A stretch of DNA of 64,000 bases from Sedimentisphaerales bacterium. Its GTDB lineage: Bacteria; Planctomycetota; Phycisphaerae; Sedimentisphaerales; SM23-30. Every line of letters starts with the position of its first letter. Position 1 is the stretch's first letter. The notes beneath the pieces were generated by a model, which was not told where the DNA came from, made no database searches, and saw nothing but the letters and a program-made list of their open reading frames with translations. Both the position numbers and the translations under genes were made by a program. The stretch lies in the NCBI GenBank assembly GCA_963666285.1, contig OY762711.1, one strand, 5' to 3'. Shown piece after piece: positions 1-10,402 of the stretch.

Positions 1-50
1 CAGGGGCGGAATCGATAAATATGTTATTCAGATATAGTGAGTAGTGAGTT

Positions 51-641
51 ATGCAAGGAAGTATTTTTGAACAAGCGGAGCTGATGCAGCAGGAAGCAAG
101 GTCGGTTATCGACCGGACAGGGATAGTTGATATATGGAGTTCGATAGGAGCGACGATAAACCTGGTTGGTTCGCTAAAGACCGGGCTGCTGGTTAACAAC
201 CGGGATATAGACTTTCATATATATACAGACCCGTTCAGCCTGTCCGACAGTTTTGCTGCGATAGCCCGGCTGGCGGCTAATCCCGGGATACACGAAATCA
301 GATATAAAAATCTGCTAAATTCGCCGGATCAGTGCATTGAATGGCATGCATATTACAAGGACAGTGGAAGCAATCTCTGGCAGATAGATTTGATACATAT
401 TCTGAGCGGTTCACCTTTTGCCGGTTATTTTGAAAAGGTAGCTGACAGGATTGCCGATGTTTTGACACCTGAAACCCGTAATGCCATACTGGCGATAAAA
501 TATTCGATGTCTGTGGAGGATAAGGTACCGTCCATTCTGGTTTACCAGGCAGTGATAGAGGGCGGGGTAAGGGATATTGCAGGTTTTCGGGAATGGAATG
601 AGAGCCATAGTCATGACGAGATAATAACCTGGATGCCGTAA
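51..641 (+). CDS. Nucleotidyltransferase-fold (Pol-beta superfamily) protein, substrate unknown
   Basis: GS-x-x-x-G...D-I-D motif (VGSLKTGLLVNNRDIDFHIY) plus a downstream third Asp (WQIDLIH); 196 aa. Confidence 0.6.
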   Translation: MQGSIFEQAELMQQEARSVIDRTGIVDIWSSIGATINLVGSLKTGLLVNNRDIDFHIYTDPFSLSDSFAAIARLAANPGIHEIRYKNLLNSPDQCIEWHAYYKDSGSNLWQIDLIHILSGSPFAGYFEKVADRIADVLTPETRNAILAIKYSMSVEDKVPSILVYQAVIEGGVRDIAGFREWNESHSHDEIITWMP

Positions 642-806
642 GCAGTTATTGTGCCGGATAGTGATTGGGATTGAAAGGAGTCTGGTGTGATAGTTCCGGT
701 TAATTTGCATGGTCGGCGGGATATCACTTTTTTCGTTCAATCTAATAACTCATACTGACCGATGGCCGGTTTGAGAGGTATTAGTTTTCAGGTATTAGTG
801 ACAGAT

Positions 807-842
807 TGCCGCGGCCCTTCGATGAACTCAGGGCAGGCGGCA
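807..842. repeat. GC-rich REP-like palindromic hairpin
   Basis: TGCCGC-g-GCCCT-tcgatgaactc-AGGGC-ag-GCGGCA nested inverted repeat in an AT-rich spacer. Confidence 0.45.
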
Positions 843-1168
843 TACTATTTGAATTTTTAATATAACAAATTGTGAATTAAAACTTGTTTACAGTAAAGCA
901 AAGTCTAAAATATCTCACTTTGAGTAAATTAATATTTTGCTAACAATTATCGGTCCGAAATTAACAATTGCGGTAAGTGTCTGGATAGTCAGGTTTTATG
1001 TGGCATGAATTGTTAAGGATGTGGTTGGGGGTAGCTGGGAGGGGAAATGTCTATATTATTTTTAACGATTATGGTTTAATAATTTTCGTATATATGCAGT
1101 TATTTAATAGAGGGCAATTGATTTTGTTTCTGTTTTTAAGCAAATAAAGACAAAACGGATATATCGAA

Positions 1169-1708
1169 ATGTACGACAGGCAACCAGATACAGACCAAAC
1201 AGAGAGTTATCTAGAGCTTCTGATGGCGAATCAGAAAGGGATATATGCTTATATCCTTACTATGGTATCTAATTTTGCTGATGCGGATGACATAATGCAG
1301 TCAGTTGCGACAGTGATGTGGCGAAAATTTGACGAATATAAGCCGGGCACAAGTTTTCCGGCCTGGGCAGTGAAGATAGCCCATTATGAGGTTCTGATGC
1401 ATCGTCGGCGTAAGAAAAATGAGATATTTCATTTTAACCCTGCGATAGAAGAGGAACTCCAACGGTGTGCGTCGGAAATTAACGTAGAGAGCAATATCCG
1501 TCTGGAGACGTTAAAATTGTGCCTGACCAAGCTGAGTGATAAGCATCGTGAAATCCTGAAACTGTATTATGAAGATAATATGACGCAGAAAAACATATCG
1601 GAGCGGATCGAGATGTCGGTTCAGTCAGTATGTAAAAATATGTCTAAGGCACATGATTTCCTAATCCGATGTGTTCGCAGGACAATGGCAATTGAGGAGG
1701 AGGTTTGA
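1169..1708 (+). CDS. ECF-type RNA polymerase sigma-70 factor (planctomycete/verrucomicrobial type)
   Basis: Region 2 (IYAYI..DADDIMQ..WRKFDEY..F.AW..KIA) and region 4 (CL.KL...REIL.L.Y....SVQSV); directly followed by a FecR gene. Confidence 0.92.
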   Translation: MYDRQPDTDQTESYLELLMANQKGIYAYILTMVSNFADADDIMQSVATVMWRKFDEYKPGTSFPAWAVKIAHYEVLMHRRRKKNEIFHFNPAIEEELQRCASEINVESNIRLETLKLCLTKLSDKHREILKLYYEDNMTQKNISERIEMSVQSVCKNMSKAHDFLIRCVRRTMAIEEEV

Positions 1709-1710
1709 TA

Positions 1711-3351
1711 ATGCAGGCTGATCCTCATTTTATTGATTTGCTGGTGCAGGCAGCGGAAGGCGTTTTAGATGAGAGCGGCTACCGTGAACTTGATCGGTAT
1801 ATGACCGACAATCCGGATTATATTCGTGTATATGCCGAATTTTTTGCTATTGCCGGAATGATGCGTCAGGGCGGGAGTATAATCAGTAAGACCGACAGTA
1901 AGGCGCTGCACGAAAAAATCGAATACGATCTAAACCGCCAGGTATTGGATCAGGATACGTCGGTCGAGTGTGTTAAAGAAGAGCCGGTTAATCGGGTATC
2001 TAAAAGGCCGACGTTCAAATCGGTAAATAAACTAATCTGGGCCGCGGCAGCAGTGATTCTGTATTTTGTTTCGCTCGAGTTTGTACTGAATGTCAGCAGA
2101 AATGACAATATTGTAGCAGATAGAGTTGTTGCTACTATCACCAATTCTGTAGATGCGAAATGGGACAGTCAGTCTCATTCATTGGATGCAGGTCATGACT
2201 TGCATGCCGGCAGGTATATCCTGACAGATGGCTACGTGCAGCTGACCAGTACCAACGGCAGCAAGGTAATAGTCCAGTCGCCGGCAGAGCTGTACTTTGA
2301 GACAGCCAAGGATATTTTACTGGTAAAAGGAGCGGTTGTAACCCGGGTAAGTGAGGGCACTAAAGGTTTTACCGTTCGTACCCCGCATGCCAGTGTAGTA
2401 GATTTCAGTACCGAATTCGGCGTTTTAGTTAATGATGACGGCGAGACGGTCGCGCATGTATTTGACGGAGAGGTCGAGGTTCGTGACAGTATGAACCCTA
2501 CCGGTTTCGATAAGAAGGTCCGGCTTGGTGTCGGCGAATCCGCCCGGGTTGACTATAAAAATATTATCACTAAGAGGGCTATTGATACCGCGGTTTTTCA
2601 TCGGCAGCTGCCGACAGAATATGAAGCTGATATATATCGACTCAAGCCGGTTGCTTTCTGGCGATTTGATTCCGACAGTTCATATCCGGTAAATACTATT
2701 AATTCGACCGACAGATCGGCCAGGTATTCTGGCAAGGTTAAATTTGTTCGGGGCAGCGGAGTTTCCGGTTCGGCAGTCGATTTTAGCGGTGTTGACAGTT
2801 ATGTGAGTGTCCCAGAATTCTTTTCGGATAATTTCCCGGGAGAGGAATGTTCGTTAATAGCCCTGGTTTGCCCGGAAAGCGACAAACAGCAGAATATTTT
2901 GCTGACTAGCAACATTAAAGGTCCGGAATATAATTTTTCAATGCAGCTGCGTATAAACAGCGAAAAGAAATATGAATTTTATACCCTGACAAAATCCCAT
3001 GTTGCTAATACCACCAAGGGTAAGTTTACCCTTTCTTCCGATTGTGAAGTTAAGGTTGGTAAATGGGTTCTGCTGGCGATTTCTGTTGGTACTGATAACA
3101 GTGTCAGATTTTATGTAAACGGAGAGCTGTCAGCTTCAATGGTCCTGAATGACAGGTTATATAGTTCGTATCACGATTTGTATATTGGTTGTGCTTCCGG
3201 TAATAAAATGAGATATCCCGAGCATCGTTTGTCGGCATTTGAGGGCGCCATTGACAATATCGCTGTTCTTAACTATGCATTGAGTGATAATGACGTAAGA
3301 CAGATTTACATGTCTTTAACAAAAAATAATAATAAACCAGGCAAAGATTAA
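1711..3351 (+). CDS. FecR-family anti-sigma/sensor with C-terminal LamG (concanavalin-like) domain
   Basis: Single TM (LIWAAAAVILYF), FecR motif GFTVRTPHASVVDFSTEFGV..HVFDGEV, LamG (PVAFWRFD..W..YVNG..FEGAIDNIAV..ALS). ATG 1711 follows GAGGAGG; the track starts at TTG 1705. Confidence 0.88.
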   Translation: MQADPHFIDLLVQAAEGVLDESGYRELDRYMTDNPDYIRVYAEFFAIAGMMRQGGSIISKTDSKALHEKIEYDLNRQVLDQDTSVECVKEEPVNRVSKRPTFKSVNKLIWAAAAVILYFVSLEFVLNVSRNDNIVADRVVATITNSVDAKWDSQSHSLDAGHDLHAGRYILTDGYVQLTSTNGSKVIVQSPAELYFETAKDILLVKGAVVTRVSEGTKGFTVRTPHASVVDFSTEFGVLVNDDGETVAHVFDGEVEVRDSMNPTGFDKKVRLGVGESARVDYKNIITKRAIDTAVFHRQLPTEYEADIYRLKPVAFWRFDSDSSYPVNTINSTDRSARYSGKVKFVRGSGVSGSAVDFSGVDSYVSVPEFFSDNFPGEECSLIALVCPESDKQQNILLTSNIKGPEYNFSMQLRINSEKKYEFYTLTKSHVANTTKGKFTLSSDCEVKVGKWVLLAISVGTDNSVRFYVNGELSASMVLNDRLYSSYHDLYIGCASGNKMRYPEHRLSAFEGAIDNIAVLNYALSDNDVRQIYMSLTKNNNKPGKD

Positions 3352-3500
3352 TGTAGTGTGTGGGAAGGAGAAGAATATAACGAGAATTTGTAACGGAATC
3401 TAACGCAATACAAATCTGTATTGTTATGAAAGTTGTTTTCAGAAATGAGAAATCATATGAGTTTGTTAAGTTTTTATATAAATCTTTTTTGGAGGTTATT

Positions 3501-5471
3501 ATGAAGAGTATCAAATTGTTTTTGGGGGTAATTTGTCTTTTAAGTTTGGCTGCGGCGATAAATGCTGATGTTGTAACTTATGATTTTGATGATGGCACTG
3601 TCCAGGGTTGGAGCAATCAAGGCGATGAAGACTATATCTCATGGAATACCGATGAAAATACTAATAGCAGTAGAACTGTTGCCAGGTCAGGAGCTTACAT
3701 GGCTCTTGAAGAGGATTATTCCAGTCGTGATGCCAGTGATGCTATTGTAAAAGTTTTCAGTTCACCTGAGTTCCTGATTTCATCTACCAGTTCAGTAGAG
3801 ATCTGGACATTGGGCGGAACCGGTGGAATAGATGTACCAACCTGGACGAATATTAGTGATTTGCCAGGGTTGTGCGAGAGTGAAGGATTTATGGGTGCTG
3901 CTCTAAGGCGAGTAAGTGACGGGGAATATCTCCTGTTCAGTCGCCGCAGTGCCTCGGGCCAAAGCAATAGGGATGTAAACTGGTTGCCTGTCGGTTTTTC
4001 AGCAGAAGAAATAGCAACCGCTGTTTCTGCCGACAGTGCAACTGAAACTTATGTAGTAGATATTATCGATACTTATACCGGCGGCTGGGGCTGGATTGGT
4101 ATTGATGATGCAACCTTTACTGATGTTGAAGTTGTTGGTACAAAACCGGTAGCTACATATCCGCAGCCAGAGAGAAGAATGGTTGATGTTCCAATGACAA
4201 CGAGCCTGTTAGATTGGGATGTGTTTAATGCTGCTTCTCCAACTTATGATGTATATTTTGGTGTCGATCCGGAAGGAGTGCAATGGCTGGAATCTACAGC
4301 AGGCTTAGCGGTTTCTGAATGTTCAATTTCTACCACATTAGCATCTGACACCACATACTACTGGCGTGTCGATGTTCATGAGGCCGGAGATCCGAATACC
4401 TATACTGGTGAATTATGGTATTTTGCAACCGAGAAAGAATTGCCTCAGATTACTGCAGAGCCGAAGAATGCTTACGCCTTTGTTGGCGAATCAGTACAGT
4501 TTGAAGTTTCTGCTTCTGATCCTCTGGAAGGCAGTCTCAGCTATCAATGGTACGAAGGGGTATCTCCTGATAAGTCAAATGCTATTGATGGTGCCGTATC
4601 TGAGGTGCTGACAATATCATCAGTAACAACCGAAGATTTTTCAACTTCATTCTATTGTGAAATTACCAATGCCCAGGGCTTGTCTGATAGTGCATCGGCA
4701 GTAGTAATCAAAAAACATATGCTGGCCTACTGGCCTATGGACAGCCTGTCAGATCCTAACAGTATGGTTGAAGGTACACCCGACATTAAAACTAACGGAG
4801 AGCCTGTGCTTGTTGATGGTGTAGTTAACGGAGCGTTCCAGTTTGATGGTGAGGATGATTTCCTTTATGTACCAGAATCCGGCACATACTTCAATCAGAT
4901 GAATGTTAGTTGTTCTGTGGCTTGTTGGATAAAATCTTCTCAAATGGATAGATGGGCTCCATTTGTCAGTAAACACGGAGAATCAAATCAGGGCTGGCAA
5001 CTGCGTCAGTATACTGAAAATGGTACAGCAACCTTTACAACTCGCGGTACAGGAAATGAAGACGGAACTTCTACAGGAACTCTGATTAATGACGGGCAGT
5101 GGCATTATGTAGTAGGCACTTTTGACGGCAGGCATAAAAATATTTATGTTGATGGCATTGAGATGTATTCTCTTGAAGTTACGAGTTCGATAGAACCGTC
5201 AGCCAACGCTGTCGCAATTGCAACTGAAATTGTCGATACTGACCATAGTTATAATGACATGTTCCATGGCGTAATTGATGAAGTAAAACTGTACAATTAT
5301 GCAATGGATAAATATGAAGTAGCCCAGATTTATGCAGATATCTCCGGCAATTCAGTTTGTCCTGAATATTCAGCTTCAGATCTGGATAAAGATTGCGACG
5401 TTGACCTTGAAGACTTTGCGATTCTTGCCGAATCCTGGTTAAAGGTTAATACAGTTTCACCTCAGGAGTAA
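3501..5471 (+). CDS. Secreted modular protein: uncharacterised N-terminal beta-domain, Ig-like, LamG, C-terminal dockerin-like tag
   Basis: GGAGG RBS before ATG 3501, signal peptide MKSIKLFLGVICLLSLAAAINA, TYYWRVD motif, Ig (YQWY..FYCEITN), LamG (DGQWHYVVGTFDG..FHGVIDEV), tail DLDKDCDVDLEDFAILAESWL. Confidence 0.8.
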   Translation: MKSIKLFLGVICLLSLAAAINADVVTYDFDDGTVQGWSNQGDEDYISWNTDENTNSSRTVARSGAYMALEEDYSSRDASDAIVKVFSSPEFLISSTSSVEIWTLGGTGGIDVPTWTNISDLPGLCESEGFMGAALRRVSDGEYLLFSRRSASGQSNRDVNWLPVGFSAEEIATAVSADSATETYVVDIIDTYTGGWGWIGIDDATFTDVEVVGTKPVATYPQPERRMVDVPMTTSLLDWDVFNAASPTYDVYFGVDPEGVQWLESTAGLAVSECSISTTLASDTTYYWRVDVHEAGDPNTYTGELWYFATEKELPQITAEPKNAYAFVGESVQFEVSASDPLEGSLSYQWYEGVSPDKSNAIDGAVSEVLTISSVTTEDFSTSFYCEITNAQGLSDSASAVVIKKHMLAYWPMDSLSDPNSMVEGTPDIKTNGEPVLVDGVVNGAFQFDGEDDFLYVPESGTYFNQMNVSCSVACWIKSSQMDRWAPFVSKHGESNQGWQLRQYTENGTATFTTRGTGNEDGTSTGTLINDGQWHYVVGTFDGRHKNIYVDGIEMYSLEVTSSIEPSANAVAIATEIVDTDHSYNDMFHGVIDEVKLYNYAMDKYEVAQIYADISGNSVCPEYSASDLDKDCDVDLEDFAILAESWLKVNTVSPQE

Positions 5472-5490
5472 TTTATCCAGTTTTTTTATC

Positions 5491-5525
5491 ATTAAAGGGG
5501 TATGCCATGTGCATACCTCTTTAAT
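5491..5525. terminator. Intergenic stem-loop (terminator or mRNA-stabilising hairpin)
   Basis: ATTAAAGGGGTATGC-catgt-GCATACCTCTTTAAT, ~15-bp stem, no long U tract. Confidence 0.5.
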
Positions 5526-5568
5526 TTATGCCTTATATGAAATGAATGAGAATAGAAAGTACGAGATT

Positions 5569-7401
5569 ATGAGAAAAGTATTTTGTTTTATTTGTCTGTT
5601 GGCTCTAATTAGTAATGTAAGTGATTTACTAGCAGATTCATTGTCATACAATTTTGATGATGGTAATCTTAATGGATGGGCCAACAGGGCAGACATGCTT
5701 GAAAATTATATTGTTTTTGATACATCTTCTAATACTTATGATGGCAGGTGTGTTGCCTATTCCGGTAATTTCATGCTGTTAGAAGGTAACTATGACGACC
5801 GTGACAGCGACACTGTCGTTAAGGTTATTACTTCTCCGGAGTTTATACTGACCGCTGATACTTCAGCGGAGATATGGTCTCTGGGCGGTACCGGTGCGAC
5901 AGGCACTCCGCAATGGGCAAATATTAGCCAGCTGCCGGAAACAGCTGATGAGAGCGGTTTTATGGGAGCGGCTCTTCGACGTGTCAGCGATGGAGAGTAT
6001 TTTCTATTCAACAGGAGGTCTACTTCCGGGCAAAGCAACCGGGATGTAAACTGGCTCAATATCGGCTGGGATCAAATATCAGGTATTTCAGGCGATGATC
6101 TTACTGACGGAGAAACATATGTTATTGATATTATAGATACATATTCCGGCGGCTGGGGCTGGATCGGGATAGACAGTGTTTCCCTGGAAAATGTTATTGT
6201 CCCCGGTGTGACCTCTTTGGCCTATATTGTCCAGCCTTTGGATCTGAGTGTCGTGAAGGGTTTTGAGGCGGTCTTTTCAGTTGCAGCATATTCCAATGAC
6301 GGCACTTTGAACTATAAATGGTATAAGCAAGGTGAAGATACGGTTCTTTCAGAGAGTTCGAAATTGGTTTTTAATACTGAGTTTGAAAGTGCCGGTTACT
6401 ACTACTGTGTAATCTCCAACCAGCAGGAAGAAGTAACCTCTGACTTAGTAGAGTTAATGGTTAAAAAAAGTTCTGAGGTTCTCAAAGGTGACATTAATGA
6501 TGATTACGTAGTTGATGTCTCAGATCTGGTCGAATTTGGCCGGGACTGGCTGGGTGTATCGGCTTTGGGGCCGGATGACAGTCATTTACAGGCTGTTATT
6601 TCAGATTTTCGTGACAGTACCAGCGATGTTGTCCAGGTAGCATCTCATCGCGGTGACTGGAAACACGCACCGGAAAATTCTCTGCCGGCTATTCGAGGCT
6701 GTATCGATATGGGAATAGCATTTGTGGAGATAGATGTTCGCAAGACAAAAGATGGCCGACTGGTTTTGATGCATGATTCAACTGTGGACCGGACAACAAA
6801 TGGTTCGGGTAATGTTTCAAGTCTCACTCTAGATGAGATAAAGGCTTTGAGGCTGAAAAATTCAGATGGTTCGCTTTCTCAGTACCAGGTTCCTACTCTG
6901 GAAGAGGCAATGTTTTTTGCGAGGGGTAAGATAATGGTTAATCTTGACAAGGCCTGGTCTATCAGGAATGAATGTCTGGCAGTACTTGTCGATACCGATA
7001 CGGTAGATCAGGGGCTTTTCAAATCCAGTGGTGATGCAGCAACATTGAAAAAGCAGATAGATGAACTTCCAGAAGATATTAATTTTATGTATATTGTGAG
7101 CTGCAGCGGGACCGATTCGCCGGCAGTTTCAACTGTTATGGACAGCATTTCTTTGCTGGCACCGGATGCAATAGAGGTTTGTTTTGGAGATGATGAGCAT
7201 CCGCTGGTATCGAGTGAAAATATAGAAGCAATCCGTCAGCTGGGTGTGCGTGTGTGGGTGAACTCATTGTGGTCCGGCAGTCTCAGCGGCGGCCATCCCG
7301 ATGGTGATACTGATACCTGGGACTGGCTGATGGACAGGGGAGTTACAATCATCCAGACTGATTACCCGCAGATGCTACAGGAATACGTGGAAGAAGAGTA
7401 G
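5569..7401 (+). CDS. Secreted glycerophosphodiester phosphodiesterase (GDPD) with N-terminal domain paralogous to the upstream gene, Ig domain and internal dockerin-like motif
   Basis: GDPD motifs HRG..PENS..EIDVRKTKDG.LVLMHD..DRTT..IQTDYP; signal peptide MRKVFCFICLLALIS; internal GDINDDYVVDVSDLVEFGRDWL. Confidence 0.85.
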   Translation: MRKVFCFICLLALISNVSDLLADSLSYNFDDGNLNGWANRADMLENYIVFDTSSNTYDGRCVAYSGNFMLLEGNYDDRDSDTVVKVITSPEFILTADTSAEIWSLGGTGATGTPQWANISQLPETADESGFMGAALRRVSDGEYFLFNRRSTSGQSNRDVNWLNIGWDQISGISGDDLTDGETYVIDIIDTYSGGWGWIGIDSVSLENVIVPGVTSLAYIVQPLDLSVVKGFEAVFSVAAYSNDGTLNYKWYKQGEDTVLSESSKLVFNTEFESAGYYYCVISNQQEEVTSDLVELMVKKSSEVLKGDINDDYVVDVSDLVEFGRDWLGVSALGPDDSHLQAVISDFRDSTSDVVQVASHRGDWKHAPENSLPAIRGCIDMGIAFVEIDVRKTKDGRLVLMHDSTVDRTTNGSGNVSSLTLDEIKALRLKNSDGSLSQYQVPTLEEAMFFARGKIMVNLDKAWSIRNECLAVLVDTDTVDQGLFKSSGDAATLKKQIDELPEDINFMYIVSCSGTDSPAVSTVMDSISLLAPDAIEVCFGDDEHPLVSSENIEAIRQLGVRVWVNSLWSGSLSGGHPDGDTDTWDWLMDRGVTIIQTDYPQMLQEYVEEE

Positions 7402-7853
7402 TCTTTTCATTTGCATATATAAGTTATAAGGTCAGTAACTTTTGTTTACTTTAGGGTAAGTGCGGGTTGTTATAGGACTTTTTGCAGATTGAGTACTATT
7501 GGGTGTAGTTTTAGTATTTGAGGGATAATTTGGGTTTTATGCCGGTGGATAGGGGAATATTGTTGGGATTTCAGTAATATTTTTTTGTTGGCCGAATGTT
7601 TTCTTTTTAAAACCTATCGATTGTAAATCTTTTCTATTTCTATGTTTATATTAAATTAGCAGTCTGTTTCCTGTTGGAGTTAAAATTTCTGGATTTTTAG
7701 GGGTTGCTGTTTGGTATGTTTGGCTGATTATTATAATGGAAGGAGCAGCTCTTTGGCTAAGCCTGAGAGCGGGTGTTTTTTGTCAGGTATTGGCTTATTT
7801 TTTAGGTTAGTGCCTTAAATTATGCGAATATATGTCTTTAGTTTAGGAACTAT

Positions 7854-8369
7854 ATGTCATTAAGAGATTCGAAAAAATTTCTCAGCCTGTTGAGCAAGTC
7901 TCAAGCGAGGATTCATGCGTACATTTTGTACCAGGTACCGAATCGCAATGATGCCGAGGATATCCTGCAGGATACAATAGTTGTTATGCTGGACAAATTT
8001 TCCGAATTTGAGGAAGGTACTAATTTTCTGGCCTGGGGTCTGCAGATAGCTCGTTATAAGATAATGGCATATCGGGATAAAAAAAAGAATTCCAAGCTGG
8101 TATTTGATGACAGTGTCCTGAAGATAATGGAAGAAGAGTCAGATATCCAGGATGCGATAGCGAAAGAAGATTCCGAGCGGCTTTCAGAATGTGTGAGCAA
8201 GCTGCCGGACAAATATAAAAAGTATCTGCAATACAGGTACGAAGAAAGTATGAGCTATAAGGCAATCGGTGACAAGATATCGGTTTCAGCCCAGGCGGTG
8301 CATAAGACCATGAGTAAGATTCATATTGCACTGATGAATTGCGTGCGGCTGGGAGTGTCAAAAGAATAG
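7854..8369 (+). CDS. ECF-type RNA polymerase sigma-70 factor (paralog of 1169..1708)
   Basis: IHAYI..DAEDILQ..KFSEFEEGTNFLAW..IARY; region 4 CVSKLP..YRY..SAQAV. Confidence 0.92.
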   Translation: MSLRDSKKFLSLLSKSQARIHAYILYQVPNRNDAEDILQDTIVVMLDKFSEFEEGTNFLAWGLQIARYKIMAYRDKKKNSKLVFDDSVLKIMEEESDIQDAIAKEDSERLSECVSKLPDKYKKYLQYRYEESMSYKAIGDKISVSAQAVHKTMSKIHIALMNCVRLGVSKE

Positions 8370-8371
8370 TT

Positions 8372-10096
8372 ATGAATGATAATAAGCTAATAAATGAAAT
8401 ATCACTGCTGATTTCCTATTCGATTGAAGGAGATATAACAGAAGAGCAGTTCAGCCAGCTGGAGCAGATACTAAAGAGCTCGCAGCAAGGTCGTGAATAT
8501 TATTATCGAATAATGTCAACTCATGCGTCACTGAGTGATTCCAAAAATGTTACCCTGCTGAGAAATAAGAAAGAGCGAGAGGCAGATTTTGAGGTTTTGA
8601 ACGAGCTTCTTGCAATTGAAACGAACTCGCCATCAATTGAGTTGCCGAAACCGGTCAAGCCGGAAGCCGTTTCAGAGATTACAGAGCAGGAAATCGAAGA
8701 AAATAAAAAGAAATTACGTTTTTATCATAGAATAAAAGTCCTGGTTTCAGTTGCCGCGGTACTTATCCTTGCAGTTATGATGCTGAATACGGTATTGGAG
8801 CCGGTTGAAATAGCAACAGTTACAAATAGTCTAAATACCACATTGTCAACGGGCGAAGAAATGACCAGTGGTATCCGCCTGATAAAAAGCGATTCGGTTT
8901 TCAGGCTTAAAAGAGGTTTGCTGGAATTAACCTATGACTGTGATGCGAGGATTATAATAGAATCTCCGGCAACCTTTAGTGTAGTTAGCGGTAAGAGCCT
9001 GAAATTGGATTCCGGTCGCATATATCTTGAGGCCTTATCAAAAGAAGCCAAAGGATTTACGATAATAACACCGAATTCTGATGTCATAGATCTTGGTACA
9101 GAGTTCGGTGTAGTGGTAGACCAGAATGGTATAAGTGAAGTTCATATGACCAAAGGTTCGGCAACCCTGAAATCTAAGATCCATCAAAAACAGCCGGTCA
9201 GCGAGACATTGATAGCCGGTCATGCCGGCCGGGTAGATTATACCGGCAAGATCGAAAAAGTTGAAGTTAAAGCGACAGGTTTTGTCCGCAGATTTGATGA
9301 GGCAAGCGGTGTAGTCTGGCGTGGCCAGGATCTGAGTCTGGCAGATATGATAGCCGGCGGTAATGGCCTTGGCGATGGATTTAAACAGGCCGCTCTTGAC
9401 CCATCGAACGGTAAGTTAATACCTTGGCAGTTAGCATTGGGTCGGCAAGGTGACGGTAATTACAAAGCCGTTATTGAGAATGACTATATTGACGGAGTGT
9501 TTGTCCCGGATGGCGGAGAAGGGCCGGTAGCGGTAAGTTCTCAAGGGCATTCCTGGAAAGCTCCCGACACATCGGGTGCATATAAATTTAATATAGCAAG
9601 TTCGTTAAGGTTTTTGGAGGATATCTCAGGTATTCCAATAGGAAATAATAAATCCGATCAGATGCTGGCGGAATCGCTCCATGGGCAAAAGCCTGTTCAA
9701 ATGGTAGTACCGGAGGCATGGGATAAATTGGATACCGCTCAACATTCCAGTATTTTTATGCATTCCAATCTCGGAATAACCTATGACCTTGAAAGGCTCA
9801 GGAAGGTTGTTTCAGGGCATCGGATATCAAATTTTGTAAGTAAATTTGGTGTTATGGAAAAGTATATGCATTTGGAAGGTGTCAAGATAACCGGCATGCA
9901 TCTTGATCTATGGGTACTCGTAGATGGTGAAATTAAGTATTCGGCAAAGGATGTAGACGCAACGAAACTGTTTGATATTGATATTGATATCAGCGAATCT
10001 GACAAGTTTCTTTCATTGGTTGTCACGCAAGGCAAAGATGATTATGCTTTTGACTGGGGGTTATTTGTTGACCCGATTTTAAAACTTGAAAAATAA
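8372..10096 (+). CDS. FecR-family anti-sigma/sensor with C-terminal NPCBM/NEW2-like putative carbohydrate-binding domain
   Basis: TM (VLVSVAAVLILAVMM), FecR GFTIITPNSDVIDLGTEFGV, C-terminal HSNLGITYDL..WVLVDGE..FLSLVVTQG..DWGLFVDPIL. ATG 8372 directly follows the sigma stop. Confidence 0.85.
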   Translation: MNDNKLINEISLLISYSIEGDITEEQFSQLEQILKSSQQGREYYYRIMSTHASLSDSKNVTLLRNKKEREADFEVLNELLAIETNSPSIELPKPVKPEAVSEITEQEIEENKKKLRFYHRIKVLVSVAAVLILAVMMLNTVLEPVEIATVTNSLNTTLSTGEEMTSGIRLIKSDSVFRLKRGLLELTYDCDARIIIESPATFSVVSGKSLKLDSGRIYLEALSKEAKGFTIITPNSDVIDLGTEFGVVVDQNGISEVHMTKGSATLKSKIHQKQPVSETLIAGHAGRVDYTGKIEKVEVKATGFVRRFDEASGVVWRGQDLSLADMIAGGNGLGDGFKQAALDPSNGKLIPWQLALGRQGDGNYKAVIENDYIDGVFVPDGGEGPVAVSSQGHSWKAPDTSGAYKFNIASSLRFLEDISGIPIGNNKSDQMLAESLHGQKPVQMVVPEAWDKLDTAQHSSIFMHSNLGITYDLERLRKVVSGHRISNFVSKFGVMEKYMHLEGVKITGMHLDLWVLVDGEIKYSAKDVDATKLFDIDIDISESDKFLSLVVTQGKDDYAFDWGLFVDPILKLEK

Positions 10097-10402
10097 GTAT
10101 TGTTTTTTTCTTTTCTGATTATATTATAAAGAGTACAGGTTAAATCAAAATCATTTATGAAATATGGCAAGTTAAGGAAATAGAGAATTCTAATTTTAAA
10201 TTTTCCTGTTTATTTTAAATATTCTAACTGACTATCAGTTTTTTGATATGTATTTGGTATTAATTTTAAAAGTTCATTCTGATATTATTTATTGTTAATT
10301 AATTATCTAATAAGGTTTTCGTGTATATAAGAAATCTTTAATATTGTTACAAAGTATAGAAACCTGGATTTATTAACCATCTTTATTAGTGGAGGTCGTA
10401 CA

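Noticed and set aside
5509..5568. Longer N-terminus of the GDPD gene (similar extensions at 3426, 8339 and 56721)
   Set aside because: Downstream ATGs fit RBS and/or signal-peptide positions better; the 5509 start lies inside a hairpin
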